DNA of 64,000 nt from Botryllus schlosseri (lineage: Eukaryota), in contig CM119372.1 in the NCBI GenBank assembly GCA_051294905.1, positions 13,394,001 through 13,458,000 on the forward strand. The letters are read 5' to 3'. This document shows positions 1-13,245 of this stretch, in pieces (positions within the stretch are counted from its first letter, which is position 1; the number at the start of each line of letters is the position of its first letter). A program made the position numbers and the translations under genes. Below the pieces are notes generated by a model. It had not been told where the DNA came from and did not search any database. It was given only the letters and a program-made list of their open reading frames with translations.

Positions 1-43
1 TCTTATTTACATCGCTTAGGCCAAGGTGGGTGTATGATTTTAA

Positions 44-2037
44 CAGTGGCGGCTCGTCCTATAGGGCAACTGGGGCATTGCCCCACCTAAAATTCTGTTC
101 AATAACAGTTCTTTACCATTTATAGACGCACAGCAATCTATATATACCGAAATCACAGCAAAAATCGTATTCTTCTTGTCCTTTCGCTTGTAAATGCCCA
201 TATATATAGCGAAGTCTCTGCGAAAATCGAATTCTCTTCTTGTTTTCGCTTTGCAAATGCCTAGCCGGGGCATGCCCCGGTAGCGCTCATAACAAGCTTT
301 CACTGTCTATTCTCTCAAACCTGCGCACAATAAAGAAACAGTGATTTACTCTCTCCTATTCATAAAATGACCGAGCAACCGGGGCAACATAGCCTGCTCG
401 CCCTTAAGGTGTGATGTAACAATCGTATCTATATCAGAACTCGGCTACCGTCATATGCGTTTAGTCGACCTTTGCTGGTATAGGTCGATTTTGATGGTGT
501 TTCACACCATGATAATTCTTGAAACTTGGTATGTCATGTCGTGATGGTGGTATTTAACATTGTCCCAAGTTTCAGGGTTTCTACTTAAAGTTTAGGGTAG
601 TAATTCCGTTTCCGAAGTTGAGTGTGTGCTGATTCGTCATGTATCGCAAACAGATTTTACTCAAAAGCCGGTATTGGTATCCATTGATTTTGACGATGTT
701 CCATACCGAGATCGGTCATGACATTTGGTACGGTAAGTCTTAATGTTAGTATTGAACGCGGTACCAAGTTTCAAGTTTGTCACTGTACTGTGTTAGTGGT
801 AATTTCGTTTCGTAAGTCGAGTGAGAGCTGACTCGTCATTTATCGCAAACATATTTTACGCAAAGCCGGTATTGGTCTCCATTGATTTTAACGATGCTCC
901 TTACCTAGATCCGTCATGAGCTTTTGCATGGTATGTCTTGATTTTAGTATCGAACGCTGTGCCGAGTCTCAAGGTTGGCACTCAATGATTAGGGCAGCAA
1001 TTTCGTTATCAAGGTCGAGTATGGTAAAGAGTGCGCTGATCTGACACTTAGCCTACCTAACGCATTGCGGATTTCACGCAAAAGTCGGCGTATCTGTGTT
1101 AACGCTAACTGTGTCCCATACTGAGATAAGTGATGAGATGATGATATCATGAAACAGTTTACTAACATCCTCGGTTTGCATTCAAATATTTACTTTTTTT
1201 TTATATTCTCCAATGTCAATTTTGACCGTGAAATTGTGGCCTTCAGACCATTTGCTTACAATTACAACCCCTGTCAAGCGCGATAGCTGTTTCGTTTTCG
1301 ATGGCGGCTAACAGCTGATCGCTTGATCATTGATCAGCCTATTCCTCATTAAATTTTACGCAAAATTCGGTGTTGGTCTGTTTGTAATAATTTTGACAGT
1401 GTACCATACCGAAAACGGTCATGAGGCTACTTCTCGATGATTTCATGTAACAGTGTACCAAGTTTTCGGCTTTCATCCACGTATTTATTCGGTAATATAT
1501 TTTCCAAAGGCGATTTTGCAGCAGACATATAGACCGTAAGCCGTATGTGTCGTGTGACAGTCTCCAGCATCAAGGCCAAAATATCTCCTATGCTGTATCG
1601 GGACCGAATTTCCGAGGCTGCTATCCGTAGTTCTTCAGAATTATGTTTTGGATTCAATATGACATTGTCCAATCTATGAGATAACAATTGCGTATGTGTC
1701 CGAACTCGTTGACCTTTCCAGCTAGGCTTACGCAATCTCTCGAGTTATAGTCATTTCCATTTCTGCAGATAATTAGTCAAGTCAGGTATAGTGCGAACAT
1801 GAGCCGTGTCAAATCTTTGTTCCGTACGCCGTCTACGCAGTTACCACACTTCAAGTCACAGCTCACCGGCAGACCTCTCGCGGCACATACGTTAAATCAC
1901 TGTTGTCGGGAAGTTCGTGTTACCGTAGTTCGTACCACCACTTGTTTACGTTGGAAAACTCCATTGTGACGTCATCTTGATAAAAAGTCGTTTGCAGCCC
2001 TTGCCCCACCACCCGATATTGTCACGAGCCGCCACTG
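44..2037. mobile_element. Non-autonomous hAT-type DNA transposon (1994 bp) with internal ~198-bp degenerate tandem repeats
   Basis: 14-bp perfect TIR CAGTGGCGGCTCGT (44-57) / ACGAGCCGCCACTG (2024-2037); perfect 8-bp TSD GATTTTAA (36-43, 2038-2045); internal units start near 487, 686 and 884; no transposase ORF. Confidence 0.9.
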
Positions 2038-2135
2038 GATTTTAAAGACTACTCCAAGTGGTTACGACACCTTCCTATCTTTTCATTGTATCGTAATTTT
2101 TGTGGTGCATTAAACCGCTGAGATATATATATTTA

Positions 2136-4440
2136 CATAGGCGCCGACTTATATTTTTGCATGGGGTGGCGGCAGGCGCGTAGTCAGGGGGTGTCGAAAC
2201 CACCTCCTTTTAAAACGCAAAACCCCGTCCTTTTGAAATGACCATTCGACGCTAATGTTCAGTTGCAATTCAACAAGTCGTGTTACGAGGGAAAATTAAC
2301 GAGATTCGTCTGTGCACGCATATCGCATCGCACAATGTGACGCGACGCGATCTTCCGCTGAGATGATTGCGAAATTAGGTCATTGATTGCCGCAAGCTCG
2401 GCATTCGTCGCTGGACTGAGCAGTAACATGGCGCGAAAGACAGGCAAGAATGATGATTACAAACGCGCGCATCCAGTAATTATCCCTTACCACCAACGCA
2501 ATGGGTTTTTACTTAGTATTGAGTAGCTCACATCGCGACGATTAGTTGCTGATTACAACATCGATTTTGACTGCATTGCTGCACTTCCCGATTTACGTTC
2601 GCAAAGCATAATTGGATTAATATTATGGGCACTGGAATAAATTGCAACTAGCAGGCACAAGCACACACATACACACTGTTCAACTTTCGCTTCGAGAATA
2701 TTAATCACAAAAATGGTTCACTAAATATTTTAAACGCGGCTTGCGGCCCTCATCGATGCAAATACTGTAATGCACTTTAATTTGTAGAAGGTGAACGGAT
2801 ATTTGGTCGTCAAATCGCGATAGGAAATGGTGTTTCTCAGAGCGCGCGATGAAATCTACGTTTCTAACGATGAGGTCGAATTTGTATATGTAATAAGGAT
2901 CGTTGGTTTGCTGAAATCAGCATCAGTTTACTGTGCAAAATACATAGTAGTGATCAATTTTATCGGACTGTACATGTACAATCGGCCGGCAAGGTTGCGC
3001 TGATAACGAAATTGCAGACATGCCGCAAACCTGTAATAATTACAATTACTGGGTGCGCAATAGTCATACCTAAATACCCAGATTTGACAATGGCAACGAG
3101 CACAATTTGCTCAGTTTTAATCAAAAAAATACATAAACACAAACAATATTACACTCAGAGATTGTTAATGTTTGGCGAAAGTGTTTCTGCGGACGGTAGT
3201 AGGCCTGCAAGTGGACGCGCTAAATCAAACCACCGCCGATTGTGCACATGAAATATCGATGACCCATTTCGCATACAAATGATTCTCGCTAATTTGCAGT
3301 GCGCAGCATCGATAATACGAATTAGTGAATTGGCATTTCAAAAGGACTGAATTTCTAGTTTTAAATGAGAAACTCACGGGCTGCGCACCTAAGGTTTTAA
3401 TACCGACAACGCGCTGGTTAATATTAGCCAGGGGCCTACAGCATACGTAAGTCCCGATCAGTCAGTCGAATTTGATCGTGAAATGGTGCGATTTTAATTA
3501 TCCAGGTGTTATTGCAGCAAGAGCAATATGGGCGCATGACGCAACCTTATCAATGGAAATGCAAATCCCGATGGTTTGAAATTCGATCCGCGACATGGTT
3601 GCATCCGATAGAGTCCGTCCAGCGAAGTTGGTTGGAACATAGAAGGTTCCCGCTCAAACTAATCGAATAAATTCTGAATTTCCGCCACCGAGGATCTCTT
3701 GTTGCATCAATATTTGACAACATAATTCAACGCCATGCACTGCACAATGCGCAGTTAGAATAATAAATCAAACACTGATAAGCAGGGCAAGTTTTTGTTG
3801 CAGTTAAATCCGTGTAATATTGCATTTATTTTTGAAAAAAGTTGCAGAAGTTGCATTTTGCACTACAAGATTCCTTCAAACAGCTTGAAACAGCATTCTA
3901 CATATCTTACGAGCATTTAGGAAGCTGCCGGAAGCTGTAAGAAAAAGTTGCAAAAGTTGCAAAAACTTGCCCTAGATGAGATGATAGCAAACGAGAAATC
4001 GTGTATCTAATCAGTAATTCCTCAACTTGCCTATATCACAATGGGGTTCCGAGTCTGACATCGCGACAATTGTTTGCAATTGAATATATGCGCACTTTGC
4101 GCACTGCGCAGGAATGACTTTCAATTCGCAGGCATATACTAACACACGTTCCTATTCGCGGCCCAATTAGAAAGACAAGTCAATAATTATTTTGTACACG
4201 AATATGCGCGCAGAGACAATTTAATTGAGAGAAGTAGAACGTGAATCCGCTGATCCAGCAGAGAGAGAGCTGGTATTTCTCAGAGCAAGCGTGTCGAAAT
4301 CGACGTCGTAAACGAGGTAGCTTCGATTGTATGATTACTAATCACGGATTACAATTTATTGGGGCGTTTTAAGCACTAGTTTAAGCTGCGTATTCAATTA
4401 TTCGCTGCGCCACCCCGCCACCCGTAACTCGGCGCCTATG
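2136..4440. mobile_element. Non-autonomous hAT-like element, with a nested short MITE at ~3783-3974
   Basis: 12-bp TIR CATAGGCGCCGA / TCGGCGCCTATG; flanks TATATTTA and TATATATA (7/8 match, in a TA microsatellite); nested inverted ends CAGGGCAAGTTTTT ... AAAAACTTGCCCTA. Confidence 0.75.
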
Positions 4441-4465
4441 TATATATATATATATACATATACAT

Positions 4466-4565
4466 NNNNNNNNNNNNNNNNNNNNNNNNNNNNNNNNNNN
4501 NNNNNNNNNNNNNNNNNNNNNNNNNNNNNNNNNNNNNNNNNNNNNNNNNNNNNNNNNNNNNNNNN
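4466..4565. other. Assembly gap (100 N)
   Basis: Run of N next to a (TA)n tract. Confidence 1.
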
Positions 4566-5289
4566 CAATGTGGCTTATTGGTATTGTTATCGGGTGTGAT
4601 GACATTCGATCTGCATCAAAATTACCGGCTATGATAATGTCTGTGGATCGATGTTTGTATACCAACACATTGCATGCAATGTCACACACCTCCATTTACG
4701 CGTAATATGTTGTGGGCAAACAAGCGCGACGTATGTCTGGATGGTATTTTTTCGTGGAATGTAACATGTTTACTTTGAATATTGTTCATTGGTTTATCGA
4801 TTCAGAGTTGATATCCGGATCCGGTTACATACTTTATCAGGGTTTCCGATTTCAAACTGAATGTCGAGACATGCATTGACCAATAAAGACACAATATAGT
4901 AAACATGCGGGGGAAAACTCGACCTGGAATTGTTATCGCGATGGGTGACATAAATCCAACCGTTTTCCGAACACCGTTAACCACATACCAACCATCGTCA
5001 AGGAGGTGTTTTATTCAGACATTTTGACTCTGGAAAATCCAAAGCACGAACCCGGACATCACAGAACTATCGAAGTCTATTGTCCAATTTTCCAGAACAT
5101 GCATTTCTGTGTACAAGAGCGCATTGCATGTGGGTAACCGACGATTTTGATGGGATGCACCAACACAAGTGAATATTTGATTAGACAAATGTATCGGAGT
5201 CGTTGTTGGTGTATATTTTGTCGCTGTTCGCAGTAAGAAAATACAAAAATATCAAATTGTCGGTGTGGTTGTCAGATTTCAAAATGAAA

Positions 5290-6130
5290 ATGGTTTTGTT
5301 ACTCTAGGAAAAGCTAGATGACCAAGAGAAAATGTATTGTTACACTGGGTAAACGCCAGATCCCCAAAGGAAAATGATATTTTTACTCAGGTAAACGACG
5401 GATCACCAAGTGAAAAAGGTTTGTAACCCAGGGAAAAATATATTTCCAAGCGAAAAAGATTTGTTACCCAGGGAAAAAAATATATTTCCAAGTGAAAAAG
5501 GTTTGTTACCCAGGATAAAATATATTTGCAAGTGAAAAAGGTTTGTTGCTCAGGGAAAAAGGTTTGTTGCTCAGGGAAAAAGGTTTGTTACCCGGGGAAA
5601 AAATATATTTCCAAGTGAAAAAGGTTTGTTACCCAGAGAAAAAATATATTTCCAAGTGAAAAAGGTTTGTTAACCAGAGAAAAAATATATTCCCAAGTGA
5701 AAAAGGTTTATTACCAAGAGAAAAAATATATTTCCAAGTGAAAAAGGTTTGTTACTCAGAGAAAAAATATATTTCCAAATGAAAAAGGTTTGTTACTCAG
5801 AGAAAAAATATATTTCCAAGTGAAAAAGGCTTATTACCAAGAGAAAAAATATATTTCCAAGTGAAAAAGGTTTGTTACCAAGAGAAAAAATATATTTCCA
5901 AATGAAAAAGGTTTGTTATCCAGGGCAAAAATAGATTTCCAAGTGAAAAGGGGTTTGTTATTCAGGCCAAAAATAGATTTCCAAGTGAAAAGGGGATTGT
6001 TACACTGGGTAAACGATAAATCTCCAAAGGACAATGGTATTTTAGTTAGGTAACGGTGGACCTCCAAGTGAAAATGATAATTTTACACAGGTAAACGTCA
6101 GTTGTCCAAACCAGAATGATATTTTTACTT
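5290..6130. repeat. 41-bp minisatellite with degenerate flanking units
   Basis: Unit ~CCAAGTGAAAAAGGTTTGTTACCCAGAGAAAAAATATATTT repeating at ~41-bp spacing through ~5400-6000, with diverged copies on both sides. Confidence 0.9.
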
Positions 6131-9100
6131 GGATAGGTATCTTGTGTTCAACGCCGGTAGTGTGATTGGTCTTGTTAAACGTAGTTACCGAGTTGTACAA
6201 TTATGAAGGGGCGGAAAATGAAATTGCTATTATGATCGTCAGAAGATTGTTGTATGTAGATTTGACAGTAACCCTATCATTCGCATATGACAAACACAAT
6301 CATGGCCATTAACTAACTTGCTCGGTCTAGATCAATGCAAAAGAGATGATTCGTTTTTTGAAACCGTAGCGAAGACCACATGTAAATCGATGTGATAGAC
6401 TTCTATCTCCTTACAGTCAGTCGTGTCGTGTCCATTTTAATACGGGGCCCACGGGTATGACATGCACACACTAACGCCGTGAACAGAAATCGATGATTTT
6501 GATTAATAAAAATATTTCTTGACTACATCGGAATGTCTATGTTGTAGAAAGTAAATACTTTTATGGTGTTGTGTGTTTAATGAAAGCGATTGGTTACAAG
6601 TATGTGTTGGAGAAAGAAAATTTATTTTTCTGTATGTGACGAAATGAAAATAGATTCGTGGTTTTAATTGGATTGCGCTGTTTAATGTACGTTTCAACAG
6701 GTAGACTTGACACTGAACAACAATTCGACCCACAAAGCATATTCGTTGTATGATTTGTCACTGGTGTGTAAAGGGTTAGGAATATTTTGAATGATAATAT
6801 CTACTAGCTGTTTTGTTGTGAGAGCGATCATGTGATGACTCAGCACTTTTCGTTAGCAAAGTAGATTGATCTATGTGAAAGATGTAAGGACCGTGGCTAG
6901 AAACATATGTACTTTGTTGTTGGGGAACTGCTATGGTGTTGACATAACCCTCTGGAAGTGAGTATGCTTTTCTTTCACGAAAGTTTACGTGGCTCCGTTG
7001 TAATAAATTTGTGTTGACTAAACTCGAATGGATACTGCAATTGTGCTGGACTTACACATGGTATTCGCATACTGTACACATACAAACTTTTGTGTAAACA
7101 ACTTTGATGTTTCTGTTAGTACTAGTTCTGTGTTGAACTATTTGATTATTAAGATACATGAACACCCATTCAGACAATAAAGGTCTTGTGATATCGAAAC
7201 AGTTTGTAGAGTCTAACCAACCATTCTTTAGTTTCGAAATGTGAGAATATCGAGTAAAGTTAATTACTTAGTGCGATGTTAATATCCTTCGTACTTTTGT
7301 AAGAGTTGTGGGATAACATACAAAGTAACTAATTGACACAAACAAAATGGTGATATTGTGAAGATGATGCCGCAACAAGTGATATTTTGTATCGGGTGTT
7401 TGTACTTTAGGAATAGCGGAGTGTGCGATATTTTGGATATGTGTGCACGGTTGTTAACTACGGTTGTTCTTGGGTCTTGTGTTGAGTAAATCATAACTAT
7501 GTCTAGAATTCAAACACATCCAAGTAAGTTCTTTAGTGACTATGATTACATCTACTTTGACGAGAGGAAATGGGAAAATTAAAATGGATACTACTGACGG
7601 ACAAAAAGTGCAAAATGTTTTTATCAGATTTAGGTGTAGGATATCTTTTCGATTTCTTTACCAGAGTGTGTTTTACAAATATCTCTAGTACACCAACGTA
7701 TAGGGTACAATTATCAAACGTCGTACAAATTGTTTATGCGACGGCAACGACTTTGGGTTACTTGGTTTCGATCCTTTTGTAAAAGATTGTCGGACAATGG
7801 GGTTATAATCTTCTGTAATGATCGAGGTACGTGATCAAGTTTCCAATCAATTAATAATCGGACATACGACTTTGGTTTAACGAATCATAATATTTCTAAA
7901 ATCATAAGACACAAATCGAAATTCATATCAATCAAGACCTTTGCATGCTCTGAGTTTTGTGATGGTGTTTATTTCACCTGATAGAAATGAACTTGTATCA
8001 ATAGTAGCACGAAACGCATTTATCATTTTCGGTGTTATTGTTCACCCACTTCGACTGGTACTCGATGCCAAAAGTGATATTTTCTAATAACCTTTACCAC
8101 AACATCGGGTCTAATTATCGTGAATAATTTAATAATCAAGTCGTGGTCGAGCATTACAAAATCTCATATATCAAATCAATGTGTCAATCCTTATGTTTAC
8201 AGTATGATACCTTTCAATGTAAAACCGGCGTTTGATTGTAAGAAATGAATTCTCAACTACGTTGGTCAGGCATTCAAATCCGGTATACTCAAATGTAATA
8301 TGTTAATCTCAAACCACACACCGAGTAGTATTTACTTTGGTTTATAAAATATACCAAGTAGTAATTACTTTGTCTTGCAAAATAGTAACGACTTTTACAG
8401 TTGAAAAACAAAAGACGCGTCGTAGGGATATGAATACAACCGAACTTGCTATGGATTTTGGATTGTAGTGATTACTCGCGTAGTCTTGTCTACTTTTCGT
8501 AAGGATACTGTTGAGTTGGTTGGGTAAGTTACAAACGGGTTGAATTGACAAGGTTTTTTGTATTTTACTCTTTTGTTTATGGGAAGATGCTAAAATGTTG
8601 AGACGTAATACTATTTCCGTTCACTCGATTACAACAAAAAATAACCTGATAGTTTGTTCAAGGTTTCGACAAATAGATTGAAATATTCCGATTTAACTCA
8701 TCGCGTCGCAAGTCGATCGCGGTACGCACAAGTGGTTGTCAAGTTAGAAATATTTACAACAGGTGTTATTTCATTGATTGATTCTATTGTGTGTAGTAAC
8801 ACATTAAAATATCGCGATAGTATTTACTGAAACTCTATTTGATAAACGGAAAACTCAGTCGTGAATAGAGTTGTAAGTTTCAAGGATTGTTTCAAAGTAT
8901 GATCTTGAAATGTGACTGGATCAAAGTTGGTAGTCATGTTTGTCAATATATTTCAATTCAGACTATGTCAAAGTCCAAATATTTCATTTTGGATTATCTG
9001 GATTTAACTTTAGTACATCCCGCGAATGGATTCCGATGCGGTACTATAACATTTTTGATAATAATGACTCAAGGATTTTCAATCAACAATACTGGAATTT

Positions 9101-10074
9101 TTTGGTAATGCTAGAGTTGCCAAATGATTAGTTGTGTGTTTTTGTTAAGTTTTTGATTTCAAGTTAATAAAGACAATAACTGTGTAATGCACATACTTGT
9201 GATTCTTGATTCTTGTAGAGTTATAGTTGGTATTGATTCTATAAGTGTGAAAACAGTGGCGCGGAATGTGCGAATAATTCGATGCGGCTGAAAGTTGGCG
9301 TCAGTAATATTCGGGTTACGTTCGATTCAACAAAAACGCGGTAAGGGATTTGTCAAAGGATTAGAGTTGTACCGATTTAAAACATTCAGATACGAATTGA
9401 CTTGATTTGTGTAGTGAGTTTCATTTCAAGTTGATAAACTAACACATTGATTGAGTATTTTCATGGATCTTATCACGCAACTAAAGTCAGCCACTATTCT
9501 GGAGGCGTGAAACATATAGCGATCGCGGGCGAGTGACAAATTGTCGGTTTTCCAATCATCGCGTGCGACGGTTCTGTGACAAACTAATTACCAAAATATT
9601 ACCTTGTAGGCGGGTATGCGGAATTGCTATGTCTGAAGTATTATCCGGTGAGTGGTCGTTGGATTTTAAAATTATATCACACCCTTTTGAATAAGCGTTC
9701 ACTTCACAAAGGATTAGAGTTAGAGCGGAAATAAGTGACAATTTGTCGCTATTCAAGTTACCGCGGTCTGTTATTCGTTACTTGTTATCAAGTACTGTGA
9801 CAAACTGATTACTAAAATTTCACCGCGTGAGCGATCGGTATGCCTGTAACACCAAGTCGTGAAAGATGGTTATGACCGAGACATTATCTTGTCAGCGATC
9901 GCGGGGTTTTGCAAACTATTTCACAGCTATTTGAAGTGGTAATTTGTGACCGTTGTTATTGTTGATATTCGAATCACCGTCTACGCCGGCTCTGTGGTAA
10001 ACTAAATACCAAAATATTACCTTGCAAGTGATTCCTAGACTTAGCAAACTATTTCACACCTTTTTTGCTGAAAG

Positions 10075-10910
10075 TACGACATACCGCCCGCAGTCTATAC
10101 CGAAAGTACGAATCACGACCGCACCCATAAGACGCAATAGCCGCATGCGACCCCCGACGTAAGAAATAAGTGCCGCTCGCCACCCCGGGTTTCGTGTTAG
10201 CATCAATAGCCGCTTGCGACCGCCGCCATAAGACGCAATAGCCGCATGCGACCGCACCCATAAGAACACATGGCGAGTCACCACAGATCCCGTAAGAATA
10301 CACGACAGGCGAATCACCGTCACCACCTATAGTAAAAAAGGCGAGTCACGACCGCCGCGGTTGGCCGTGAAACAATTCAGCGCGCAGGTCATTCGAAATA
10401 TAGGTCGCACTGCTTAATCCTCACGACAAACCACGTTTCCGTTTGCGCGGTTATTGTTGGTGACTCGTACATATTCAACACCGCGCGAGAGATGTCTGAA
10501 AGTGCGAATCACGACCGCACCCATAAGAACACATGGCGAGTCACCACAGATCCCGTAAGAATACATGACAGACACATTTATCGTCGTTAGCATGTCGCCG
10601 CACGTATACCAAAAAGCATTAGCATGTCACCACGAGTTTTCACGTTAGCATGGGACCGCCGCCTATACCCGAAAACGTTAGCATGCCACCACGAGTTTCG
10701 CGTTATCATGCGACCGCACCCATAAGACGAAAACGTTAGCATGCCACCCCCGGTTTCTCGTTAGCATGCCACCCCCACCATAAGACGAAAACGTTAGCAT
10801 GCCACCCCCGCCATAAGACGAAAACGTTAGCATGCCACCCCCGCCATAAGACGAAAACGTTAGCATGCCACCCCCGGTTTTCGCGTTAGCATGCGACCCC
10901 GCCATAAGAG
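10075..10910. repeat. GC-rich ~33-bp tandem repeat array, subterminal to a CAC...GTG-ended element
   Basis: Unit AAAACGTTAGCATGCCACCCCCGCCATAAGACG, near-perfect at ~10730-10875, with variants elsewhere; segment ~10250-10305 is duplicated at ~10513-10568. Confidence 0.85.
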
Positions 10911-11950
10911 CCCCAGGCACCGGTTGACCGATCGTATATACTACTAGTCTGAGGTGGGTTCTGCATGGTTTTGTGTACCACAGGTGTGTATCCCAGAGGT
11001 GGTCAAAGTAGCCAAGAAAGCTACTCAAGTAGAAGTAGAAGTAGCGACGAAAAAATCTACTCAAATACGAGTAGAAGTACTTCCTTCATAAGCCACCTAA
11101 AACTACTTGAAGTAGAAGTAGAATTGACTGACTTTAAATCTACTCAATTAAGTAAGTAAGTAGTTTTGAAGACAGTCTTAATAGAGGCATTACTACACTT
11201 GCTTTTATGCTTCAACATGTATCTTCTGCAAACAAAAGACCTAATTAGAACCCAAAGTATGATACTCAGAATATAAAATACAAATACCACTTCTAAAAAG
11301 CGGAAAATATATCCATGTCTTTTGTCCACAAAGCTTCAAAGGTGATCTGCTAAAACGTTCCAAAAAGCCAGATATTCCAGATTAGCAGGACACGTTATGG
11401 GCTGCTAGATAACGATAGGATAGATAATTGCTAGATTGCGAAACGGTAGTTTCGAACGTTATGAAGGGCCATGTTTACTGTTATGAAATATTTAATATGG
11501 GCGACAATGCGGTGTGAGCGGAACCATAAGCAATCCGGTACCTAAATTATATTCACTCATACTTTCGTGAAAACATATTTGTCACTCCATAACTACTGTA
11601 CGCGAAGCGCAACAAAATTTCTGGGGACTTTTATGAATAATAAATGTTGGTACTCCGTGAAAACAGCCCCAAAATTCCTCAGGCTATCTTTCGTATTGGG
11701 GGATTAAACTACTTCTACTTGACAAACTGAAAATAGCGACAAGTAAGTAAGTAGATCACAAAATATTACGAAGTAGAAGTAGAAGTAGAGAAAATCAGAT
11801 CTACTAGAGTAAGTACCAGAAGTAGAGGAAAACTACTTGAGTACTTCCAAAAAGTAGAAGTACTTCGTTACTGACCACCTCTGGTGTATCCACACTCGTA
11901 TATCACGGGTGGTACACAGGTGTGAAAACAATCTTTTTTCGCTAAGAGTG
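10910..11950. mobile_element. One terminus of a large CAC...GTG-ended (CMC/EnSpm-like) non-autonomous element, interrupted by a MITE
   Basis: Ends ...GCTAAGAGTG|TA at 11950. With the 10994-11883 insert removed, its reverse complement resembles the left arm of the short element at 27667-27920. The other end was not found and may lie in the gap. Superfamily is inferred from the termini only. Confidence 0.55.
10994..11883. mobile_element. hAT-type MITE (890 bp) with AGTAGA-rich subterminal repeats
   Basis: 12-bp perfect TIR CAGAGGTGGTCA / TGACCACCTCTG; perfect 8-bp TSD GTGTATCC (10986-10993, 11884-11891). Confidence 0.92.
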
Positions 11951-12072
11951 TATAGACTCAGTGAAGGTGGGAAGTAATATAACTGCTATAATAATGCATA
12001 TTATATTAGGAATATTATAGAGTTGCTATTGCCCGCTCCTGAAAGTTGATGGACAGCTCGTAAGAAATACAT

Positions 12073-12078
12073 TTTATT
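12073..12078 (-). promoter_or_regulatory. Candidate polyadenylation signal (AATAAA) of gene A
   Basis: TTTATT on the + strand ~190 nt downstream of the gene A stop codon. Confidence 0.45.
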
Positions 12079-12268
12079 TATACACAAACTACTGATCGCT
12101 TGTCAAAAATAAAGTTTGTCATGCATACGTCAGTGGCAATCATACAGTATTAGCATTCACAAAGTGTTCGTGAAGACGTTTTTCGCACTTATTTCGATTC
12201 GAAAATATCACCCGGTATCAGTCAAGTAGAAATAAACTGTGCCGGCGGTGCTAAAAGATGATTCACAT

Positions 12269-12674
12269 TCATTGCAGCATTTTTGAAATCAAAATATATA
12301 CAGTGCTCATTGCAATAGAGGAAACCCATTTTCCTGGGATGTTTGCTCGCGCGTTTGATGTTGTCGTCGCAGTCGTAGAAAGTTGTTGTTCCTGTGACGA
12401 AGTAGAGGCTTGTCCAGTGTTCAGGTTTGTATCGGTGCCGGAAATCGTGGAGGTCGTACTGGGTGTCGTCGTCGTCTCAATTGACGAATCATCCGGGAAA
12501 GAGGTGTTTTCCTGAAGACTTGATGTGGTGTCGATAACGGAGACTGTCGTTAGTGTGTCCGGTATAGATGAAGTAGTTATCTCAATTTCTGGGGTTTGTG
12601 TCACCGCGGTCACATTTATCAAGATGCCAGGAACGTTGCAGTAATTGACGTCGCAGTTAGCATTCTTGCACGAT
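12269..12674 (-). CDS. Gene A exon 3: C-terminal cysteines of a three-finger-like domain (SCKNANCDVNYCN), Ser/Thr stalk, GPI-type signal
   Basis: Acceptor tatttacttttctcag|A; phase 2 joins exon 2 (GC+A = Ala) in frame; C-x4-C-x4-CN motif; Thr/Ser-rich tract; small residues SNA followed by hydrophobic end WVSSIAMSTVYILISKMLQ. Confidence 0.88.
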
Positions 12675-13245
12675 CTGAGAAAAGTAAATATATGCAATTT
12701 GATATATGATATGATTCATGATATCTTTATTTCACACGTGCTTTCTAGTCGATACTGATAATTAGCATCGATATAATGTCCTGCATATTGTTTATGCAAA
12801 TGCATATAGTAAATATGAATGTTCAAAGTATATTCGGTGTTTCGCCAACAACAATAGCGACCAATACCGAAGCTAATACGATGGAAACTGAGGAGCGGCG
12901 AATTACACTATAATTTCAGCATACTTGGAGTTCAATTTCACCCGCAAGGATGACTGATTCCAATTTTCTGATGGAGTGGGTGTAAGGCTTGCTATCAAAA
13001 GAACCACATTTTAGCACAACTGCAACCTTATCACAAATAACCCAACTCGTATCGTCTGATCTTTGACTATACACTGTCTTGCTAGTCAGAAAATGTTTCT
13101 CATTGTCGCATGAACAATGGACATGGTATACGTTTATATGACGGAGGCTACCTCGAAAGATCTTCGTCGTCGTTTTAAGGGGACACACGAGAAAGGATCT
13201 CCCTTCTGATATCAGATGGGAGGTAAGCTAATCAAATATACTCAC

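Noticed and set aside
5290..6130. 41-bp repeat array as a CRISPR array
   Set aside because: Head-to-tail units with no unique spacers, no cas genes, eukaryotic context
10678..11064. ORF with GGGGMLTFSSY repeats as a glycine-rich protein
   Set aside because: Translation of the 33-bp tandem repeat; the ORF crosses a MITE boundary
12916..13188. Cys-containing 90-aa ORF in gene A intron 2 as an extra exon
   Set aside because: No counterpart in gene B intron 2, and exons 2 and 3 already join in frame
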